Positions 57,121 to 64,000 of a stretch of 64,000 nucleotides of DNA are shown one piece after another. A model generated the notes under the pieces. That model worked only from the letters and a program-made list of their open reading frames with translations. It was not told the DNA's origin and did not search any database. Every line of letters begins with the position of its first letter. Within the stretch, counting starts at the first letter, position 1. Location: positions 175,336-239,335 of the forward strand of contig JACPHO010000001.1 in assembly GCA_016188545.1 (NCBI GenBank), written 5' to 3'. This DNA comes from Candidatus Shapirobacteria bacterium. GTDB taxonomy: Bacteria; Patescibacteriota; Microgenomatia; UBA12405. The translations under genes and the position numbers were made by a program.

Positions 57121-58699
57121 TTCAGTAGTTCTTATCTTACTAACACTGTTTACCCGTTTTTTTGGACTTAATTGGGGAGGTGGTTTTTTTTTCAATCCTG
57201 ACGAAAACAATATGGTTCAGGCTATCATGAGAATGTCCCCGGGAAATTTAAATCCGCATTTTTTTGCTTATGGTCAATTCCCACTATATTTATCTTATTT
57301 CACTCGAAATTTGCTGGGTTTTGATCATAGTTATGAGGCAACAACTTATGTACTACGTTTTTGGTCAGCTATGTTTTCTTCAATTTCAGTTCTCTTTTTT
57401 TACATAATTGTCAAGAAAATATTCAACTCAAAGGTTGCTCTGTACGCCACGTTGCTCTATATTTTTACTCCTGGACTAATTCAACTTTCACATTTTGGTA
57501 CCACCGAAAGTTTATTGATTTTAGTTTTTTTAGCCAATATTTACCTCAGCTTACATCTAGTTGAAAGACCGCTGGATTTCAAAACATATTTGCTTTCATC
57601 AGTCACAATTGGTATTGGAATGGCCAGCAAACTAAGTTCTCTTATTTTTACTTTCCCTGTACTACTTGTCTCGTTGTTTAATTTATTAAAACAACCTCAA
57701 AAGCTTCGTATTTTATTTTTAGTTTTTTACTTTTTACTTTTTACTTTAATATTTTTTATCATCTTTTCTCCATATAACCTGGTCGAAAACAAAGATTTTC
57801 TCTCTGCCCTTCGTTATGAAACTGAAGTTGCCACCGGAAAAATGCATGTTTTTTATACCAATCAATTTACAAACACTCTTCCCTACATCTTTCAGTTAAC
57901 CCATATTTTCCCCCACGTTTTAGGTTTGCCAATCTTCATATTTTCAGTTATCGGGATGTTAAACATTATTCATAAACCTGCCTGCCGGCAGGCAGGTCAT
58001 AATTTCATAAATCATAAATCAAAAGTATTTTTTATTATCGTTCTCTCTTCTTGTCTAATTTATTTTCTCTACTTTGGACAATTGTATGTCAAGTGGACCA
58101 GGTTTATGTCACCAATATTCTTTATATTTCCCTTCCTTGCTTCAATCTGTATTGCCAAAATTGACTCTAAACTTATCAGGACACTTATAATTTTTGCCTC
58201 TATCGTACCCGCACTTTATTTCTTAAGACTCTATACCAACCCAGATATCAGAGTAACAGCATCTGAATGGATGAATGCAAACATTCCCATCAATAGTAAG
58301 GTATTTTCTGAAGGTGGAAATGTAATAGATATACCACTGGATGGCGGAAAACTTGATATCACCAATTTCGACTTTTACTCACTTGAAAACAACCCCCAAT
58401 CTAAAAAGGAACTTATTAACAAAATTTCTGAAGCTGAGTATATTCTCATACCGAGTCGAAGGGTATTTATGAATCAAGTCGGACCATCTTTCTCATCCTC
58501 GCATTCTTATTACCAAGCGCTTTTCAACGGTTCGCTCGGATTTGAACAGCTTCAATCTTTTCAGCTAAAAACAGACTTATTTCTTAACCAAGAAATGGCC
58601 GAAGAGACCTGGACTGTGTTTGACCGTCCCACTATCAGAGTTTATAAAAAGGTTAATAATTTATCATTAGAAGATTATGAAAAATTACTTAACCACTAA
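57110..58699 (+). CDS. GT-C family glycosyltransferase (paralog 1) carrying an in-frame 21-nt palindrome insertion
   Basis: N-terminal loop FFNPDENN (DE motif), many TM helices, C-terminal soluble domain; paralogous to 58677-60371. Confidence 0.6.
   Translation: MSFSSVVLILLTLFTRFFGLNWGGGFFFNPDENNMVQAIMRMSPGNLNPHFFAYGQFPLYLSYFTRNLLGFDHSYEATTYVLRFWSAMFSSISVLFFYIIVKKIFNSKVALYATLLYIFTPGLIQLSHFGTTESLLILVFLANIYLSLHLVERPLDFKTYLLSSVTIGIGMASKLSSLIFTFPVLLVSLFNLLKQPQKLRILFLVFYFLLFTLIFFIIFSPYNLVENKDFLSALRYETEVATGKMHVFYTNQFTNTLPYIFQLTHIFPHVLGLPIFIFSVIGMLNIIHKPACRQAGHNFINHKSKVFFIIVLSSCLIYFLYFGQLYVKWTRFMSPIFFIFPFLASICIAKIDSKLIRTLIIFASIVPALYFLRLYTNPDIRVTASEWMNANIPINSKVFSEGGNVIDIPLDGGKLDITNFDFYSLENNPQSKKELINKISEAEYILIPSRRVFMNQVGPSFSSSHSYYQALFNGSLGFEQLQSFQLKTDLFLNQEMAEETWTVFDRPTIRVYKKVNNLSLEDYEKLLNH
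57976..57997. repeat. Second copy of the palindrome ACCTGCCTGCCGGCAGGCAGGT, encoding PACRQAG in frame
   Basis: Read directly; the paralog lacks these 7 residues. Confidence 0.9.
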
Positions 58700-60371
58700 G
58701 ATACTTTTGGTACTTTTATTTTTATTCGCCCTAAGTCTTAGACTGTATGGCTTAAATTGGGATCAAGGAACTCATCTCCACCCTGATGAAAGGTTCTTGA
58801 CAATGGTTACCAATGACATACGTCTCCCAACGTCGCTACCTCAATACTTTGACAATTCCCAATCACCCCTAAATCCCTATAACTATCCTCAATATCAATT
58901 TTTTGTCTATGGCACCCTTCCTGTATTTTTAACTAAAGCAATTACAGTTTTAATTGGTTTTGACAACTACGACAAGGTCCACTTGGTAGGAAGGTCACTA
59001 TCTGCGTTTTTTGATTCATCAAATATATTTTTGTTATATCTAATTTCGCTTAAGATATTCAAGCAAAAGTCCAAACTGATTTTATTACCAAGCCTACTTT
59101 ATGCTTTTTGTATCCTACCAATCCAACTATCACATTTTTATGCTGTCGACACCTTTTTAACTACGTTTTTACTATCCACTTTTACATTTATCACCTACTC
59201 TAGGTTTCGGTTGGCAGGGGTGGCTTTTGGACTTGCCCTCGCCTGTAAAATTTCCGCAATATATTTTTCCCCAATTATTGGACTATTCTTTATAATCTTT
59301 TTAATAAAATCAAAAAATATTTTTAGGTTTTTACTTTGTACTTTTTACTTTGTACTTTTTACTTTTATATTTTTTAGGATCTTCCAACCATACATTTTCG
59401 ATGGAATTTTCAAAATCAACCTCCATTTTATCGACAATATAAAGCAACTTCAGTCAATGACTCGGCCAGATGGAAATTTCCCCCCGTCTATTCAGTGGTT
59501 TAGCAAAATACCTCTCCTGTTTTCTCTACAAAACATTATCCTCTGGGGTGTGGGAATTCCCCTAACCCTGATCACTATTCTTGGTATTTTTAAATTGAAC
59601 CTAAAAAAAACTAATTATCTAATTCTCATCTCTATTCTCTGGACTCTAATACTCTACTTCTACCAAGGGTCACAGTTTGCCCACACTATGCGCTACCTGC
59701 TTATTATTTATCCCTTTGTCTGTTTGGTGGCCAGCTATCTTGGTGGTTTATTAAATTCTGTTAAGTTATTAAATTTTCTAGTTATATGTCACCTTATTTT
59801 GGGGTTTCTCTTTTTATCAATCTATACCAGGCCTCATTCCCGTGTTCAAGCCTCAGCTTGGATCTATGATCACCTCCCTCCTGGTTCCAAAATAACCAAC
59901 GAATATTGGGATGATCCATTGCCTTTGTACCTACAGGGAAATGACCCAAATATTTACAATGACACTATGTTGCCTCTCTACGATCCTGACTCACCAGAAA
60001 AGTGGGATAAACTCAATCAGGTTATCGACGCAACCGACTATATAATCATGTCCAGTAATCGGTTGTGGGGGTCAATTCCCCTTGTTCCAGACAAATTCCC
60101 CCAAACCTCCAAGTTTTACCAAGAACTTTTTTCACAAAATTTAGGTTTTACTAAACTAGTTGAAATCAATTCTTATCCGGGGGTTCGACTCCCAATTAAT
60201 AGCTGTTACTATTTTGGCCCCAGCAACTTCCCGGGTGTAAAAAATAGCTGGTTTTCCATCGACACTCAGTGTCTCTACCCAGGAATTTACATTCGTGATG
60301 ATATTGCCGAAGAAGCCTTTTCCGTCTATGACCATCCCAAAGTCCTAATCTTTTCTCGCACAGATCATTAA
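58677..60371 (+). CDS. GT-C family glycosyltransferase (paralog 2)
   Basis: HLHPDERF DE motif; same architecture as paralog 1. Confidence 0.6.
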   Translation: MKNYLTTKILLVLLFLFALSLRLYGLNWDQGTHLHPDERFLTMVTNDIRLPTSLPQYFDNSQSPLNPYNYPQYQFFVYGTLPVFLTKAITVLIGFDNYDKVHLVGRSLSAFFDSSNIFLLYLISLKIFKQKSKLILLPSLLYAFCILPIQLSHFYAVDTFLTTFLLSTFTFITYSRFRLAGVAFGLALACKISAIYFSPIIGLFFIIFLIKSKNIFRFLLCTFYFVLFTFIFFRIFQPYIFDGIFKINLHFIDNIKQLQSMTRPDGNFPPSIQWFSKIPLLFSLQNIILWGVGIPLTLITILGIFKLNLKKTNYLILISILWTLILYFYQGSQFAHTMRYLLIIYPFVCLVASYLGGLLNSVKLLNFLVICHLILGFLFLSIYTRPHSRVQASAWIYDHLPPGSKITNEYWDDPLPLYLQGNDPNIYNDTMLPLYDPDSPEKWDKLNQVIDATDYIIMSSNRLWGSIPLVPDKFPQTSKFYQELFSQNLGFTKLVEINSYPGVRLPINSCYYFGPSNFPGVKNSWFSIDTQCLYPGIYIRDDIAEEAFSVYDHPKVLIFSRTDH

Positions 60372-60900
60372 TCTGTATGCAAAGTTTCGAAGTAGAGGTA
60401 GATTCCCTAGCAAATTATTGAGCTTAATCAGATATCTATTCTCAAAACATAGTATTCCCGGAATCAGACCAAACCCAGCAATCTTGATATTTGTAAATCC
60501 AGCTGCCTTTAAGTGTTTCCTTACGTTTATCCTTGTTATTTCTCTAATGCCTTTTTCTTCATACCAATCTAATTTTAGCCATACCAAAAAATACCAAAAT
60601 ATATTCCAGCCGTTGGGTTCGGAAAAAGCTATTGGATATCTCCAGCTTCTTTAAATCAAGGTTATTGGCAAGAGTTTTTAGTTTATCCAAAGACTTTTGA
60701 CTAACATCAACGGCAGTTACTGCGAATCCACTTTTTAACAAGGGGATCGTCAACCTTCCGGTCCCCGCCCCAAAGTCTGAAACTTTCAAAATATTTTTAC
60801 CTAGCTTTTCAATGAGTGTTTCTATCTCCAGCTGAGTATATCTTGGAGGTCTGAGTATCTGGTTTTGTGAATACTGTTTATCGTCTGAGTCAAAGTACAT
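60345..60900 (-). pseudogene. Class I SAM methyltransferase split into two overlapping ORFs (frameshift near 60559-60587)
   Basis: N-terminal ORF carries motif I VSDFGAGTGRLT; the C-terminal ORF continues the MTase fold; a homopolymer run lies at the junction. Confidence 0.45.
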
Positions 60901-61558
60901 AGATTGAATTGTATCTTGTTTGCTGTTTAAACTTGTAGCCTTGATTTGTTAACAATTCTTTCACGTCTGGGTTTTCGACACAAATAACCTTTGGCTTAAA
61001 TGTCCAATTCCATCTGTTTAAAATTTTCTCATCCCAACCTTCGACATCCAACGATAACAAATCAATACTTCTGTCAATGTTTTGTTTTAGAAACAACTCG
61101 ATATCAACAATTTCAATATTTTTTGTCTCCGAATATACAAACCCATTTTTTCTATTAATTTCTGTTTGTTTTTTGGAAAATGTATTTAGAGCAGGAATGT
61201 CATACATATAATATTTTATTTGACCGTTTTTTGTTCCAACTCCAATATTCACAAACCTATCTCTCGATCGAATTTTTTCAAATAAACTTTTAATATTCGG
61301 GTTTGGCTCAACTACTATTCCTTTCCACCCTTTTTTATAAAATCGATAAGTATTGCTAATTCTCGTCGGGTGATACGCCCCGATTTCTACATAATACCCT
61401 ATCTTTTTTCCCATATTTTTTTCAATTTCCAAATCTTCATAATCCTGAGCATAAGATCCATTTATATATTCTCTGACAATTTTCCTGTGAAGCTCATTGA
61501 TTCCCGCCTTTATAAAATTAATTATTCCTACTTGTTTAATAATTGAAAACATTTTCAT
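60890..61558 (-). CDS. FkbM-family methyltransferase
   Basis: EIGAYHP..., LLSLDVEGWDEKIL (FkbM signature). Confidence 0.65.
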   Translation of the reverse strand: MKMFSIIKQVGIINFIKAGINELHRKIVREYINGSYAQDYEDLEIEKNMGKKIGYYVEIGAYHPTRISNTYRFYKKGWKGIVVEPNPNIKSLFEKIRSRDRFVNIGVGTKNGQIKYYMYDIPALNTFSKKQTEINRKNGFVYSETKNIEIVDIELFLKQNIDRSIDLLSLDVEGWDEKILNRWNWTFKPKVICVENPDVKELLTNQGYKFKQQTRYNSIYVL

Positions 61559-61559
61559 T

Positions 61560-62465
61560 TTAAATACTTTTTATTTTACTAATTAAAGAAATCGCACTTT
61601 CATCAATTTTAGAAACAGCAAACCATTTTTTACCCAAATCTTTTAAAGATGCTCCAAAGTGAAATATCTTCTGTTTATCAATTATCAAAAATCTATCATG
61701 TGACAGTTTAAACTCCTTGATTTCGATAGGTTCATATTGTAAGTTGTACTTTTGAATATCATTTGATATTTGCGAAGTAATATTATTACAATAAATCCTT
61801 GCTTTGACATTCTTACGTCTCTTAATAAACAACGTCAGAACGGTATCATCAATGTAATTATCTATTAGAATAATTTCCTTTTTTGCACTTCTGATAATAT
61901 CGGAAACAAGTATGTGGGCGTCAAACACTTGACCATCATAAAATATTTTTTGTTTTGGGATGGAATCACTTGCAGTTAGGGCGTTAAAAACTTGATCAAA
62001 TCTTTTGTCAGTTGAAATGGCAAACTGTATTTGTTCTTTTTCGACATCATTCACTTTTTGATAAAGCAAAGCGTAATTGTTTATATGTTTGCGCATGTTT
62101 ACAAACGCATTCATAATTTGAATACTCACCTTAATTGCCGTTTCACTTTTAAGAACAGCAGACAGCATTGCCACACCTTGTTCAGTAAATGCGTTGGGAA
62201 AATACCTTCGCCCACCCCTGTTTGAGGTCACAATTTGTGACCTCAAATCAAGATATTCTGATTTCGTCAATCTAAAGCAAAATTCTTTGGGAAAACGGGA
62301 CACATTTCTCTTTAATGACTGATTCAACACCTTGGTCTCAACCTTATATAGAATAGCCAAATCTTCATCTAAGATTACTTGAACATTCCTTACCGTCCAA
62401 ATTTTATCAAACAAATAAGTATTCTGATTCAGATTATTTTGCATCAAATATTTTTTCATACTCAT
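61560..62465 (-). CDS. ORF6N-domain protein with C-terminal PLD-like (HxK/R..D) domain
   Basis: N-terminal ORF6N/KilA-N-like: VQVILDEDLAILYKVETKVLNQSLKRNVSRFPKEFCFRLTKSEY..GGRRYFPNAFTEQGVAMLSAVL; C-terminal SHDRFLIIDKQ...GASLKDLG. Confidence 0.55.
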   Translation of the reverse strand: MSMKKYLMQNNLNQNTYLFDKIWTVRNVQVILDEDLAILYKVETKVLNQSLKRNVSRFPKEFCFRLTKSEYLDLRSQIVTSNRGGRRYFPNAFTEQGVAMLSAVLKSETAIKVSIQIMNAFVNMRKHINNYALLYQKVNDVEKEQIQFAISTDKRFDQVFNALTASDSIPKQKIFYDGQVFDAHILVSDIIRSAKKEIILIDNYIDDTVLTLFIKRRKNVKARIYCNNITSQISNDIQKYNLQYEPIEIKEFKLSHDRFLIIDKQKIFHFGASLKDLGKKWFAVSKIDESAISLISKIKSI

Positions 62466-63501
62466 TCACAGTTTTTTTATAATCAAATTTATCTAAATTT
62501 TTAGCAATTTTTTGATAATACTTTTTTCCATTTTTTAATACAATGTTTATTTTTTCTGCCAGGTCAACACTGTCGGCTACTTTTGCTATTTCACCCATAC
62601 CGGTCATTTTTACCGGGACTCTGACCCCCGGGAGATCGGAGGCAACCACGGGACATCCGCAACGCATTGCCTCTGCTTGAACAATCCCAAATGTCTCCAG
62701 ATTGTTGGTACTTGGCAGTACCAAACAATCAAATAATTCATAATATTTATTTAATTTATCGTGTTCAACAGGTCCTATCAATTCCACATTTGTCAACTTT
62801 TTATATGTCTCATCTCCGGCTACACTTTTATATGGCCCAACCAACATTAATTTGGCATCAATTTGTTTCATTGCCTCTGCCAAATAGTTTAGCCCCTTTT
62901 CCCAGGCTATTCTTCCTACAAACCCAACAATTTTGTTTTTACTTTTTACTTTTGAATTTTGATTTTTTATCCCATCTATCTTAATCGGTGGCAATATAAA
63001 AACTGTTTTTTTTAAAAAATGTTTTACAAAAATAGAAGTTTGACCATAATCCATTGTGTATGACACAACTTCGTCTGCCAATATATAAACCACCAAATGA
63101 ATCGGGTAGGTGACTAGTGAGATAAACTTATTGCTTACTGTGCCAGTAAAATTAAACTCACAATGATGTGTCACCACTATTTTTTTATTAAATAACTTTC
63201 CCCACAAGGCTAACCAAAAAGATTCCAACGAAGGTAAATGACAATTTATAATGTCATATCTTTGAACTAATTTAAAACTCTCCCAAAAATATAAAGGCAT
63301 AATATAACCTTTACCAAAACAGAACCCATCGACGCCGAAGATGTTTATCTTATTCCAAATCCGATTTTTTCCACTGCATATAACCCCTACTTCATAATTT
63401 CTTTTTACAAGTTCTTCCGATAGAATTACAGCATATTGGGTGACTCCCGAGATATTAGGCAAATAGTAAGTTAATCCCAAAAGTATTTTTTTATTAGCCA
63501 T
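62434..63501 (-). CDS. GT4 (GT1-like) family glycosyltransferase
   Basis: C-terminal PSTNNLETFGIVQAEAMRCGCPVVAS (E-x7-E region); start taken at the internal Met MANKKILLG. Confidence 0.7.
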   Translation of the reverse strand: MANKKILLGLTYYLPNISGVTQYAVILSEELVKRNYEVGVICSGKNRIWNKINIFGVDGFCFGKGYIMPLYFWESFKLVQRYDIINCHLPSLESFWLALWGKLFNKKIVVTHHCEFNFTGTVSNKFISLVTYPIHLVVYILADEVVSYTMDYGQTSIFVKHFLKKTVFILPPIKIDGIKNQNSKVKSKNKIVGFVGRIAWEKGLNYLAEAMKQIDAKLMLVGPYKSVAGDETYKKLTNVELIGPVEHDKLNKYYELFDCLVLPSTNNLETFGIVQAEAMRCGCPVVASDLPGVRVPVKMTGMGEIAKVADSVDLAEKINIVLKNGKKYYQKIAKNLDKFDYKKTVNEYEKIFDAK

Positions 63502-63514
63502 AACTGACTTTATC

Positions 63515-64000
63515 ATGAATCTTAAAAAGCTTCTTTTTTGGCAACCAAGGTTCGACCTGTTGCGTTTTTTGAACCGTAGCCAAATTGGCAAAATTTTCAT
63601 CGTAATTTTTAACTACGCAATATGGTTTTTTCTCTTTTTTGTTTCATACCTATTAATAAAAAGTGATACAAATATTTTCTGGCAATTATTGATTGCCACC
63701 ATTGTTGGAGAGGTCATCGAAAAGTATGGCAAGAGTCATGCTCTTTGGCGACGTCCACTTTACCAGCGGAACGACGCAACCCCCACCGGACTAGTAGATC
63801 GTTGGTACAAGACCGGCTCATTTCCTTCTGGCCATACCATCAAGGCGATGTCTTTTTTATTGTTTTTGATTCAATATCCTGTTTTTCCAATTTCTAGTTA
63901 CTTACTTCTTGTTATTCCATTGATTTTTCTACGAGTTCTTATTGGGTTTCATTATCCTTTTGATTTATTAGGCGGTGCCTTCTTTGGTTTACTAACTTGG
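63515..64000 (+). CDS. PAP2-family phosphatase (partial, runs off the window)
   Basis: KTGSFPSGHT and HYPFD (PAP2 motifs 2/3) and TM helices; ATG at 63515. Confidence 0.55.
   Translation, partial: MNLKKLLFWQPRFDLLRFLNRSQIGKIFIVIFNYAIWFFLFFVSYLLIKSDTNIFWQLLIATIVGEVIEKYGKSHALWRRPLYQRNDATPTGLVDRWYKTGSFPSGHTIKAMSFLLFLIQYPVFPISSYLLLVIPLIFLRVLIGFHYPFDLLGGAFFGLLTW

Noticed and set aside
57712-57760. (TTTTTAC)n arrays inside both GT-C paralogs (also 59318-59370), considered as independent insertions of a mobile repeat
   Set aside because: They occupy homologous positions and encode the same hydrophobic TM helix (FYFLLFTLIFF / FYFVLFTFIFF). They are explained by paralogy plus codon bias.
60179-60195. 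GGGGGTTCGACTCCC, a tRNA/tmRNA T-loop-like string
   Set aside because: It lies inside a long uninterrupted GT-C coding frame (..YPGVRLPIN..) with no acceptor or anticodon stems around it; coincidental.

Overview
AT-rich bacterial window using the standard genetic code: TGA, TAA and TAG all terminate well-supported genes, so this is not a UGA-recoded lineage. Genes are short and tightly packed. The content looks like a reduced-genome, Gram-positive-like organism, probably Patescibacteria/CPR, but that is inference only. Evidence for this is sortase and FN3 surface proteins, several GT-C glycosyltransferases, type IV pilus PilN/PilO-like genes, a two-subunit 2-oxoacid:ferredoxin oxidoreductase, and few biosynthetic genes. 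No rRNA or tRNA genes and no CRISPR array are present.

Housekeeping genes present: greA, dinB, rarA, metG, rpsT, murJ, map, folD, sodA, tatD, hsp20, rsuA, a DEAD-box helicase and an SHMT-like enzyme.

Features that deserve a second look:
- A ~620-nt GC-rich non-coding locus at 24322-24947. It has a perfect sigma70 promoter (TTGACA-17-TACAAT), 36-39-nt tandem repeats, a hammerhead-ribozyme-like core and an intrinsic terminator. It sits inside a DNA alkylation/photoproduct repair gene island (rarA, SplB-like radical SAM, ATL, AlkD-like, Ogt).
- A 22-bp GC-rich perfect palindrome, ACCTGCCTGCCGGCAGGCAGGT, found twice inside coding sequence. One copy splits a dinD-like gene; the other adds seven in-frame codons to a GT-C glycosyltransferase that its paralog lacks.
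- A cell-envelope glycan cluster: a UbiA-family decaprenyl-phosphate phosphoribosyltransferase (DPPR-synthase) homolog, two paralogous GT-C transferases, FkbM/SAM methyltransferases, a GT4 and a PAP2 phosphatase. This resembles the mycobacterial decaprenyl-phospho-pentose donor logic.
- A PgaC-like processive GT2 operon with a GH18-like protein.
- An FN3-sortase fusion and surface proteins with non-canonical sorting-signal-like tails.
- Tandemly duplicated, apparently leaderless small-ORF cassettes between a decayed apt gene and dinB.
- An OmpR/PhoB-type regulator preceded by 10-11-bp phased direct repeats.
- Several frame-disrupted genes (apt, dinD-like, a methyltransferase). These may be genuine pseudogenes or homopolymer sequencing errors.
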